This document shows, in pieces, positions 1-8,113 of a stretch of 24,952 nt of DNA. The translations under genes were made by a program, and so were the position numbers. The notes beneath the pieces were generated by a model. That model was given only the letters and a program-made list of their open reading frames with translations. It ran no database searches and was not told the DNA's origin. The DNA is from Candidatus Babeliales bacterium. Its GTDB lineage: Bacteria; Babelota; Babeliae; Babelales; Vermiphilaceae. The DNA is taken from the NCBI GenBank assembly GCA_044451405.1, contig JBIOKB010000014.1, positions 1 to 24,952 of the forward strand, given 5' to 3'. The number at the start of each line of letters is the position of its first letter. Position 1 is the stretch's first letter.

Positions 1-1
1 A

Positions 2-322
2 TCCAATACTTGGTCTCTTACCTACCTCTTTTCCTATACCATTCCTGCTGCGTTAGTGTTACCGCGGAGTACTGATCGGATGTGCGAGGGGTTTTTGCCC
101 TTTGTGCCATGGTATGAGTCGGGGGCCATTTATTTCGTGGATTGTAGGGGCCTAGTTGAAGGTGGTTTAGGAATTTATTCCTATGATATAACTACCGGGG
201 TAACTTCGGAGATTATTAGGAATAGTACCTTATATTGTGCCCCCATGATAATAGGTAAAAACCTTATATATGGTGGGAAGTTACCTGAGATTTACGACTA
301 TTTTTCTTTTAAAGTCCTTTGA
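2..322 (+). CDS. 3' end of a hypothetical protein, truncated by the window edge; beta-rich, possibly propeller-like
   Basis: The frame of the 56..322 ORF is open back to position 2 (SNTWSLTYLFSYTIPAALVLPRS...FSFKVL*). Segments such as GAIYFVD and GIYSYDITTG resemble propeller blades. Confidence 0.6.
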   Translation, partial: SNTWSLTYLFSYTIPAALVLPRSTDRMCEGFLPFVPWYESGAIYFVDCRGLVEGGLGIYSYDITTGVTSEIIRNSTLYCAPMIIGKNLIYGGKLPEIYDYFSFKVL

Positions 323-365
323 ATTGATTGGTTGTTCCGTTATTTCGACTTCTTTTGGTTATTTG

Positions 366-393
366 TTTTAACATAATAGTCATTATCAGAATA
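366..393 (-). other. dif: dif-like XerC/XerD recombination site (probable chromosome dimer resolution site)
   Basis: The minus strand reads TATTCTGATAA-TGACTA-TTATGTTAAAA. This has 11-6-11 architecture, a XerD arm matching E. coli TTATGTTAAAT at 10/11, and a XerC arm ending ATAA. The site is intergenic. Confidence 0.85.
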
Positions 394-537
394 ATTTAAA
401 TTTATGCGTTTCTTTAGGGCTTTGTACCCTGTCCTCTACAAGCACAAGTCTCGACACCAATTAATACTCTATTTGAGTTTATAGAAAGATTCTGGTTTAT
501 AACCTGCTATTTTTATCTCTTTATTTCAAATCATGTA

Positions 538-565
538 TTGACATAATGCTAGGCCAGCTTACTAT
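538..565 (+). promoter_or_regulatory. sigma70-type promoter for the ankyrin gene
   Basis: TTGACA (538-543), 16-nt spacer, TACTAT (560-565). Confidence 0.65.
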
Positions 566-588
566 TAAATTAATATCGATCTTTCTTA

Positions 589-607
589 ATGGAGTCTTTC
601 ATGATCT
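589..607 (+). repeat. 19-bp direct repeat, copy 1 (RBS + start codon block)
   Basis: ATGGAGTCTTTCATGATCT is identical to 1381-1399. Confidence 0.9.
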
Positions 608-1356
608 TAACCGTATTCCGGTCTCTTTTAGTTACCCTGGTCCTTGGCGTTCCCCTGCTTCATGCAAGCGAACAAGAATCAGAATTATTATTAGCCGTCG
701 ACAGAGGGAACCTTGTTATAGTTAAACAACTCTTGTCTCACGGAGTTAACCCTAGTTGCGCACTTATTACTTCAATTAGGTATCGCCATGGAGAATATAG
801 TTTCAATAGTCACCGTTATGCCATTATACAAGAACTTCTTGCCCACGGAGCCAATCCAAACATGCAAGATAATGAGGGGAATACAGCTCTTATAATTGCA
901 AGCGACATGTCAAAAATATCCCCTGAATATTTGGAAGTAGTAAAACTACTCCTGCATTACAAGGCAAATCCAAATATTCAAAACAATGAAGGAAATACAG
1001 CTCTTCTACGTGCCGTATACAGAAGTGATCGTTACAACTGCGATGTGGTTAAGTTGCTTCTTGAACATGGCGCTAATCCTCATATAAAAAATAATAAAAG
1101 AAAAACTGCCATTGACTATGTTACCTATACATATCGTAGCCCCGTAAAACATAAAATAAGTAGCTTTGGTGGAAATGTTGTTGGAGCAACAGCATCACTC
1201 TTTGCATGCGGTGTTCCACTGTGGGGGTTTGGTGATGATATGCATAGAAAAAGCACGAATTCTGAAGCAATAAAAAACAAGCGTACTATTCTCAAATTAC
1301 TCAAGAAACGTGGCGTGAAGCTTACTCGCTGGCAACAATTTACATGGAAAGTGTAA
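601..1356 (+). CDS. Ankyrin repeat protein with N-terminal signal peptide
   Basis: Repeated ankyrin motifs (LLAHGANPNMQDNEGNTALIIA, LLHYKANPNIQNNEGNTALLRA, LLEHGANPHIKNNKRKTAIDY) and a hydrophobic N-terminus ending LHA-S. GGAG at 591-594 favours ATG 601 over ATG 589. Confidence 0.92.
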   Translation: MILTVFRSLLVTLVLGVPLLHASEQESELLLAVDRGNLVIVKQLLSHGVNPSCALITSIRYRHGEYSFNSHRYAIIQELLAHGANPNMQDNEGNTALIIASDMSKISPEYLEVVKLLLHYKANPNIQNNEGNTALLRAVYRSDRYNCDVVKLLLEHGANPHIKNNKRKTAIDYVTYTYRSPVKHKISSFGGNVVGATASLFACGVPLWGFGDDMHRKSTNSEAIKNKRTILKLLKKRGVKLTRWQQFTWKV

Positions 1357-1380
1357 TACATTTATTTTAATTACTTTTAT

Positions 1381-1399
1381 ATGGAGTCTTTCATGATCT
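1381..1399 (+). repeat. 19-bp direct repeat, copy 2 (RBS + start codon block)
   Basis: Identical to 589-607. Confidence 0.9.
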
Positions 1400-1685
1400 C
1401 AACTTTTGCTACCTGGTTATTAATCGTTGCCGCATTAGGCGCTCCTGAAGGCATTTTTATCGAAAACAATGCCGTTTGGGAACCGCACAACTCTTTCCAA
1501 GATCTTTAACTCCCCATAAACTTGATGATGCGCAAGCACACGAGTATCTCGAGAATTATGAGAGAGACGTAAGACACCATTGTACGAGAAGACATGAAAT
1601 GCCGTTTGGCAGAACGCCGTTAAGTATACCGTTTAGAATAATCGATGGACTTGCACGAGCAATAACAGCCCCGTTAGCTCGATAA
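1393..1685 (+). pseudogene. Probable frameshifted gene for a small secreted protein
   Basis: GGAG-ATG at 1393 opens a 38-aa ORF with a signal-like start (MISTFATWLLIVAALGA..., stop 1507-1509). An overlapping -1 frame is open 1449-1685 and ends flush with the ruvC stop. Confidence 0.5.
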
Positions 1686-2171
1686 TTACCGGTTTACTAA
1701 CACCGGATTCTTCCACAAGCCACATAGCGTGACGGCAATAGCATCAGTCACATCAGCTTTATCCGGTGCATTAAGCTTTGGAAATAGCTGCAAAATAACA
1801 CGCGCTACTTGATCTTTACTCGCGCCACCAAATCCCGTAATTGATTGCTTAACCTGCATGGGTGTAAACTCATGCAGGTTTAATTTGTTTTTGTTTGCTA
1901 ATAAATACAGAATGCCGCGCAGGTAGCCAAGTTTTAAAAAGTTCTGCGCATTTTTGCCTAAAAACGGTGTTTCAAGCGCCAGATCAGTAATGCCATAGAC
2001 GGTAATTTTTTCTTGTATCGCATCATGAAATATCCCCACGCGATCAACTAAGCTCTGCGTTGGTGACATTTTTACGTACCCACAATCGAGCATGAATGTC
2101 CTATGCCCCTCTTTTTTTATAACTGCATAGCCTGCGAATCGAAACCCCGGATCTATGCCGAGAATTGTCAT
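1686..2171 (-). CDS. ruvC: Holliday junction resolvase RuvC
   Basis: ILGIDPG, LALETPF, VKQSITGFGGASKDQV and DVTDAIAV motifs; 161 aa. Confidence 0.97.
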   Translation of the reverse strand: MTILGIDPGFRFAGYAVIKKEGHRTFMLDCGYVKMSPTQSLVDRVGIFHDAIQEKITVYGITDLALETPFLGKNAQNFLKLGYLRGILYLLANKNKLNLHEFTPMQVKQSITGFGGASKDQVARVILQLFPKLNAPDKADVTDAIAVTLCGLWKNPVLVNR

Positions 2172-2172
2172 G

Positions 2173-3735
2173 TTACCCTTTGGTTAACAATGCCTGCACC
2201 GTATCTGACAGCGGATACCTAAAATCACGTGACAACGTTACTTCTTCTTCTAACACTTTGTTATATGCAAGTACTACCAATACATGATCTGAGGCACGCG
2301 TAACGTTATCCGTTGCCTTGATGGTAAAATAGGTTTCGCTTACGGGATTTGCTATCGCTGCTTTAAAATCAGCTAACGTTTTTACCGGCATCCCGTTAAT
2401 TTCATTTAACGTCACCCCTACCATGAGTGTGCGTGATCTGAACAGTTGCGAGTTAGGGAAAATGTGCGTAACAACCAATACCGGTTCTAATTGATGCTTC
2501 ATATCAAGATACTTGGCAAGGCCGGGCGCCTGATTGATTAACGCCTTTACATGATTTAAGGTGAGTTCCATTACCACCATGCCACCAAAAATTTCATACT
2601 CTAACGGCTCATAGCCAGGATATATGCGGCGTATTGGCAACAATTTATTTTGTTCAAAAATAACCTGACATTCACTGCGTGCTCCGTGGCGATACACCGT
2701 AATATTCACCTGATCACCAAGCGCTAAACGGGAAGCAAAATCAGCGATGGTAATCTTGTCTTCTGACCACGGTACTTTCATTTCACCATAAATATCAAGA
2801 CGATACCCATTAATCTCATACAACATATCGCCACGCTTGACCCCTGCTTTATCCATTAAACTATCTTTTATAACTTCTACCGCATAACAACCACCCGGCG
2901 ATGGATTGCCAAGCAATTTGGTTAACTCTGGTGTGCCATACATGGAGAATATGCCGAGTGTTGGTTTACGCAATAACGGCGTTGTTTCTAAATCAGATTT
3001 AATAACATGCACTTCATTAATCGGCGTGATATAGCCAACATTTTGTGCTTCAATAATTCCTGCGCATGTTATCCCTATAACTTCACCAGCAAGATTAAGT
3101 AGCGGGCCTCCTGAGCTGCCCGGATTAATCGGCGCACTCATTTGAATAAGATTTTTTTCTCGCCCACTAATGACCCCGGTGGTACTTTTTAATGATTCTT
3201 GTCCGAGCGGATAGCCAAGTGCTAAAACCTCATCAGAGCGGCGCACCTTATCTGAATCACCCAATACAAGATAGGGAATATACCCAAGTTCAGAACGAAT
3301 ATAATCAACATCTTCATCTGCCACGCGCAATAACGCAATATCACGCTCAGGACATATGCCAACAACTATCACATTAATGAGCCGTTTACCGAGTGATGGG
3401 ATCTGAATCCATATGGCATGGGCTTGATCAATAACATGTGCGTTGGTAATAATATATCCATGTTCATTGATAAAAAAACCACTTCCGCGTGAGCCGTACT
3501 GGGTCGGTGTTTTATATGGTTGCATTAAATCAATTTCTGCAATTTGCGCAAACACTTGCACCACCGTATCACGCGCCATGTCTTGAATGAGGCGCCACGA
3601 TTGCCGTGTAGGGGTATCTGTCAGTGATTGCTGACATTCACTCGATACAAACATAAAACAGAAAATTATGACAAGATGTTGTGTTGGTGTGATGCATTGC
3701 ATCGTACGTACCAAAGCTGCCAAGAGGTAGTTCAC
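2173..3735 (-). CDS. HtrA/Deg-family trypsin-like serine protease with two PDZ-like domains
   Basis: GSGFFI, TNAHV (His), DIALL (Asp) and INPGSSGGP (Ser). PDZ-like AGVKRGDMLYEING plus a second C-terminal domain. GTG start with AAGGA RBS. Confidence 0.93.
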   Translation of the reverse strand: MNYLLAALVRTMQCITPTQHLVIIFCFMFVSSECQQSLTDTPTRQSWRLIQDMARDTVVQVFAQIAEIDLMQPYKTPTQYGSRGSGFFINEHGYIITNAHVIDQAHAIWIQIPSLGKRLINVIVVGICPERDIALLRVADEDVDYIRSELGYIPYLVLGDSDKVRRSDEVLALGYPLGQESLKSTTGVISGREKNLIQMSAPINPGSSGGPLLNLAGEVIGITCAGIIEAQNVGYITPINEVHVIKSDLETTPLLRKPTLGIFSMYGTPELTKLLGNPSPGGCYAVEVIKDSLMDKAGVKRGDMLYEINGYRLDIYGEMKVPWSEDKITIADFASRLALGDQVNITVYRHGARSECQVIFEQNKLLPIRRIYPGYEPLEYEIFGGMVVMELTLNHVKALINQAPGLAKYLDMKHQLEPVLVVTHIFPNSQLFRSRTLMVGVTLNEINGMPVKTLADFKAAIANPVSETYFTIKATDNVTRASDHVLVVLAYNKVLEEEVTLSRDFRYPLSDTVQALLTKG

Positions 3736-3801
3736 GGGTATCCTTTTTATTGCACTGCTTAAATATCATACGAATATACCCCGCATTTTTTCACAATACA
3801 A

Positions 3802-3860
3802 GTATAACCCGCCGTAGCTTGCCAAGTCTGAAGACCTGGATAAGCGAAGGCTGGGTGTAC
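3802..3860. repeat. REP-like long imperfect palindrome
   Basis: GTATaACCC-GCC-gta-GCTT-g-CCA-a-GTCT-ga-AGAC-c-TGG-at-AAGC-gaa-GGC-t-GGGT-GTAC forms a nested hairpin in the dnaB-protease intergenic region. Single copy in the window. Confidence 0.65.
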
Positions 3861-3865
3861 GCACA

Positions 3866-5251
3866 TTAATACTCGTGTACGTTTTGATCGACAAACTTAG
3901 TAAGCTCGCGCGCAAAGTTAAGAAACACCGTTCCGGTAGGTCCATTACGCTGTTTGCCGATAATGAGCTCAGCAAGCGCAGGATTTTCTGTTTCAGGGTT
4001 GTACATAACATCACGATATAAAAACATGATAAGATCTGCGTCCTGCTCAATAGCGCCTGATTCACGTAAATCAGAAAGCATTGGGCGTTTATCCATGCGG
4101 CTATCAACAGCACGTGAAAGCTGTGAAAGTGCTATGATAGGAACCTCTAATTCTTTAGCAAGCGCTTTTAATGAACGGGAAATATCAGACACTTCTTGAT
4201 GTCTATTTTCATGTCTTCTGCTTGCATGAATAAGTTGTAAATAATCGATAACCAGCAATTGTAAATTGTGTTCTGCTTTGAGTTTACGCGCTTTAGCACG
4301 CAAATCCATCAAAGTAAGCATGGCAACATCATCAATAAAAATTTTCATCTCCGATAGTTGCGCTGCAGCACCAGTTAATGATACCCATTCTTGTGAGCTT
4401 AACGTTGCATTTCTAATATTATGATGTGCAATACCCGATTGAGATGATAATAAACGCAAACTTAATTGTTCAGCAGACATTTCAAGTGAAAACACACCAA
4501 CGCTCGCACCACTTTCTGCTGCATGGAGCGCCATACCAAGAGCAAGTGCTGTTTTACCCATTGAAGGACGCGCTGCAAGTACTACCAGATCGCCATTTTG
4601 AAATCCTGACGACATGAGATCTAATTTTTTAAATCCTGAAGGAATACCAGTAATACCCTTACTGCTACTTTTGATGTTGGATAACTGTTTAAATGTTTTT
4701 TTTAGCCAGATATTAAGCTGTACAAACGATTGATTGGTACGCTTATTAGCAATCTGAAAGATAGTTTTTTCTGCATTATCAAGTACCACATCAATGTGTT
4801 TATCATCTTGCGCATAGCAGCTGGTAATAATCCCTGCTGCTGAGGTAATCAATTCACGCAACACCGCTTTTTCTTTGATAATGCGCGCATGCTGTTCAAT
4901 AAGACCAATAGCGGGAATATCTTCTTGTAGTGAGAGTAAAAATACAACACCGCCAATAACTTCAAGCTGCCCGCGCTTTGCAAGTTCATCTTGTAAAGTG
5001 ACAACATCTACACGCTTGAATTCGTGCATGATATCAACTATTGCCTGATACACTATTTTATGCGAAATCGCATAAAAATCTTCTGCCGTCAAAAATTCTG
5101 CTACCTGTGATAGGCTCGCATCATTTAATAATAAAGCAGTTAAAACAGCGCGCTCAGCTTCCAAGTTTGCCGGTAGATTTTTGCCAACCGTTTTTTCCGT
5201 ATCACCGATAGTTGGTTTTACTAATCCCTGCCGCTTTCCTTCTATGTGCAT
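3866..5251 (-). CDS. dnaB: Replicative DNA helicase DnaB
   Basis: EAERAVL N-terminus, AARPSMGKT Walker A, VIDYLQL, SQLSR, DLRESGAIEQDAD and KQRNGPTG. No intein. Confidence 0.98.
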   Translation of the reverse strand: MHIEGKRQGLVKPTIGDTEKTVGKNLPANLEAERAVLTALLLNDASLSQVAEFLTAEDFYAISHKIVYQAIVDIMHEFKRVDVVTLQDELAKRGQLEVIGGVVFLLSLQEDIPAIGLIEQHARIIKEKAVLRELITSAAGIITSCYAQDDKHIDVVLDNAEKTIFQIANKRTNQSFVQLNIWLKKTFKQLSNIKSSSKGITGIPSGFKKLDLMSSGFQNGDLVVLAARPSMGKTALALGMALHAAESGASVGVFSLEMSAEQLSLRLLSSQSGIAHHNIRNATLSSQEWVSLTGAAAQLSEMKIFIDDVAMLTLMDLRAKARKLKAEHNLQLLVIDYLQLIHASRRHENRHQEVSDISRSLKALAKELEVPIIALSQLSRAVDSRMDKRPMLSDLRESGAIEQDADLIMFLYRDVMYNPETENPALAELIIGKQRNGPTGTVFLNFARELTKFVDQNVHEY

Positions 5252-5277
5252 CTCATGGTACCTATAGGGAAATCAGA

Positions 5278-5721
5278 TTACTCAGGAAGAATCTGCAATT
5301 TGAGTGTAGGTTGTAATTTTGATGAAAGTTTAATGGTAACATCATACGTACCAGTTGTTTTAATCATTTTGCCAAATTCGATCTGATTTTTTGCAACTGA
5401 CACCCCTTTTTCTGCTAACAGTTCAACCACTTCACTCGCATTGATTGAGCCGTATAACCGTCCATCATCATGGATTTTGCGCTTAAGTGTCAGTTTTAAT
5501 GTTTTGATTTTTTCAGCAAGCATAGAGGTTTGTGTGGCAATAGTTTCTTGGCGCTTTTCAACCGTTCTAATCTTTTTTTGTAATGATGCTTCATTGTTTG
5601 GAGTAACTTCAACAGCAAGCTTGTGTGCAACTAAAAAGTTAACGCCGTAGCCGTCTGAAACTTTAACAATTTCCCCTTCCATACCCACTTTTTCAACATT
5701 CTTGAGTAAAAATACTTTCAT
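5278..5721 (-). CDS. rplI: 50S ribosomal protein L9
   Basis: MKVFLLKNVEKVG...VSDGYGVNFL and GRLYGSI. Start placed at 5721 (AAAGGG RBS), giving 147 aa. Confidence 0.96.
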   Translation of the reverse strand: MKVFLLKNVEKVGMEGEIVKVSDGYGVNFLVAHKLAVEVTPNNEASLQKKIRTVEKRQETIATQTSMLAEKIKTLKLTLKRKIHDDGRLYGSINASEVVELLAEKGVSVAKNQIEFGKMIKTTGTYDVTIKLSSKLQPTLKLQILPE

Positions 5722-5845
5722 AGGAACCCTTTCTGTGTACACATACTTCTTATGTACCATGGTAGTATACTCTAAATTTACGGTAGTTAAAGCCAGTCTT
5801 TGCCTTAGAGAATAACTGCGAAGTTTTATTGGGTTACGTCTGGTT

Positions 5846-7213
5846 TCACCATTCATTACCTAACTTGTCTATATACGCTCCATAGGTATAACTACTATAG
5901 ATAACGTCCTGCGATTGCTCACATGCAGTATACCGGGCAAACAAATACATAAGACGTTTAATGTAGGTACACGAAAACCAACTGTCATTAACCAGCGCAA
6001 GAACCGGGTACGGTAGATTGCGCGCATAGGCATCAAAGAAAAATTCAGAGCATAGAGCAGGGCACACTAAAAAATCAGGTGTTAAGGGTATGACATAGGG
6101 AGATTCTTTTGCTGAAAATCCGCATTTGTTTTTTAAAAAAAGCGTTCGCGTACAGGTAAGCAAACTCCATGGAAAAGGAACATACTCGGTAAATGGCATG
6201 CGGCAATTTTTGACATAATTAAAAATTACGCGACATTCTTTGATGCCATAGATACCGTTATACAAATTCCCTTTTTCTTTATAATAGGATCCTAAAACAA
6301 GCTGCTGCCCTTTATCTAACGCATTAATACTCCACAGATCAATGACATTTTCATGTGTATTAAGTTCAAATGGATAACTGGATTCGGGCAGTATAATAAT
6401 CTGCGTCTCTGGTTTATCGGCACACACCTGCATGATGCAGGCGTTAATATCCTGCGCTCGATCACGTGGGTGCATGGCGCCATAGGGTACCGGCGGGATC
6501 ACGGTAGCACAGATACGCACTAACGGCGGTTCAGGAATGTGTGTTGACGGCACAACCCACCCAATGCCAAAGGGAAGCAGCCCAGCAACACTCAGTACAA
6601 GCGCCATCTGTTGCTTACTCAGGCAATAGTAAGCAACTCCCATCGCGCTCACCAGTAAACAGACCAACAATCCTGCTGATGTTAGGTAGGGCAGAGCACC
6701 AAGACAGTGCGGATATTCGGCTAACACTAGTACTGGTAATGCCAGCGGATATCCGGTTGATAATCCGATAATCCAGAGTGATGCGTAGCGCATACTAAGA
6801 TAATAGAAACACACACAAAAAACCCAGATGCCAGCACCAACTTCTCTACTCTTGCCTCTACTCAAATGCGCTGCTCCATAAAACACTACAGCACTATACA
6901 GCGCACAATATATAACAAGCATGAGCGGAACGAGCATGCGAAAGGCGCCATAGCCATGCTCATACACCATCCAAAAGAGTGCATACAACTGCCCGCTCCA
7001 ACACAACAATCCCCACCAGAATCCATGCCAGAAGGTAAGACGATGCATTAATGCGGCATAAAAAAGCGGGACATAGGCAATAAACACAAGCCAACACAAA
7101 GAATGGGGGAAATAGAGTGGGATGGTGAGCAGCACTGCAGATAGAGTAACTAATGCAGTAGCATTACGACTTAACCGTTGACCATGCGGTAATAACTGCG
7201 CGCGTATCATCAT
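5846..7213 (-). CDS. lnt: Apolipoprotein N-acyltransferase (divergent, short C-terminus)
   Basis: Multi-TM N-terminus plus nitrilase-fold triad: LPES (Glu), YVKNCRMPFTEYVP (Lys), LCSE (Cys). VNDSWF corresponds to Lnt TNDAWF. Confidence 0.85.
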   Translation of the reverse strand: MMIRAQLLPHGQRLSRNATALVTLSAVLLTIPLYFPHSLCWLVFIAYVPLFYAALMHRLTFWHGFWWGLLCWSGQLYALFWMVYEHGYGAFRMLVPLMLVIYCALYSAVVFYGAAHLSRGKSREVGAGIWVFCVCFYYLSMRYASLWIIGLSTGYPLALPVLVLAEYPHCLGALPYLTSAGLLVCLLVSAMGVAYYCLSKQQMALVLSVAGLLPFGIGWVVPSTHIPEPPLVRICATVIPPVPYGAMHPRDRAQDINACIMQVCADKPETQIIILPESSYPFELNTHENVIDLWSINALDKGQQLVLGSYYKEKGNLYNGIYGIKECRVIFNYVKNCRMPFTEYVPFPWSLLTCTRTLFLKNKCGFSAKESPYVIPLTPDFLVCPALCSEFFFDAYARNLPYPVLALVNDSWFSCTYIKRLMYLFARYTACEQSQDVIYSSYTYGAYIDKLGNEW

Positions 7214-7619
7214 TACTATCTCCCGCTACTTCAGGTACATGCAACGTACACATAAGAGAACATACTTCGTGATTATCTACCTGCAATGCACTGCGTATCT
7301 GTATGTAGGTTGGCGTCTCTGCCGTAATAGTAATAGTACCACATCCAAAGATAGTATCGGTGATGGGCCATTGAGGTAACGTAATAACTGCCTGCTTGCC
7401 ACGATCGCGTATTATGCGGTCTTTATTATAGGAAGCTATGGTGCATCCACACAACAGTAACCCTTCTGTAGCGTAGCGCTGCTGATAATAGATTTCTTTG
7501 CTACGCACAACATCACTGAGTAACCAGGTATGTTGCCACACACTAAAACTTGCTATGATACCCGCTGATAACAGTACTAATACGGCAACTAATGCTGAGC
7601 CATGCACGCAATTGTTCAC
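7164..7619 (-). CDS. PilX/GspK-like minor (pseudo)pilin
   Basis: Class III-like leader G|SALVAVLVLL without Glu5. It is the last of three coupled pilin-like genes, with a GTGA start/stop overlap. Confidence 0.65.
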   Translation of the reverse strand: MNNCVHGSALVAVLVLLSAGIIASFSVWQHTWLLSDVVRSKEIYYQQRYATEGLLLCGCTIASYNKDRIIRDRGKQAVITLPQWPITDTIFGCGTITITAETPTYIQIRSALQVDNHEVCSLMCTLHVPEVAGDSNDDTRAVITAWSTVKS

Positions 7620-8113
7620 ACCACCCTCCCTACTCTGAGTGCGACATACCGTGTAACTGAACTATCGTCCCCTGCAATTTCACACGTTACTGCGCATATC
7701 GTGTCTGACGCATGCAAAGACGGTATCAGCGTACATGCCCATGCAGTAACGCCAGTTGACATAACACTGATAGTGCGCTGTGTCCATCGCTGTGAATTTC
7801 TATCATACGTACCAGTTACACGCATTAACTTTTTCTCTTTCACCAGCCAGCACATATCCGTTGTGCCACATCGAAATAGTATCGTATGCACATCTGGTTG
7901 ATACCACGTATCACGCGCATCGGATGCCTCATATACATCATGGGCAAACACATCACATGCGGTTGAGAGCATAGACATCTCATGCAATGAATGGTGTGCG
8001 CGTACTACACTGCTATAGGTATACATCAATGCTGTGGTGGTACATCCTATAATAAGCGTCACAATCCCGATATAGAGTAAGAATTCGATAATTGAAAAAC
8101 CAGGTATCTTCAT
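7616..8113 (-). CDS. Type IV prepilin-like protein (PilW/GspJ-like)
   Basis: MKIPG|FSIIEFLLYIGI prepilin cleavage motif. Start at 8113 overlaps the upstream stop (ATGA). Confidence 0.8.
   Translation of the reverse strand: MKIPGFSIIEFLLYIGIVTLIIGCTTTALMYTYSSVVRAHHSLHEMSMLSTACDVFAHDVYEASDARDTWYQPDVHTILFRCGTTDMCWLVKEKKLMRVTGTYDRNSQRWTQRTISVMSTGVTAWACTLIPSLHASDTICAVTCEIAGDDSSVTRYVALRVGRVV

Noticed and set aside
387-412. Second overlapping dif-like half-site (GAATAA-TTTAAAT-TTATGCG)
   Set aside because: The spacer is 7 bp, there is no XerD-type arm, and the AT-rich context makes a chance match likely.
1686-2171. RuvC as part of a Cas, TnpB or phage system
   Set aside because: It is a stand-alone 161-aa canonical cellular RuvC with no array, IS ends or phage genes nearby.
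3766-3866. Possible tRNA or ncRNA gene in the GC-rich dnaB-protease spacer
   Set aside because: There is no cloverleaf, T-loop (GTTCRA) or CCA end; it folds as one long hairpin, reported as REP-like.
5722-5856. 45-aa N-terminal extension of L9 in the ORF track
   Set aside because: L9 homology and the RBS begin at ATG 5721; the upstream part is an incidentally open frame.
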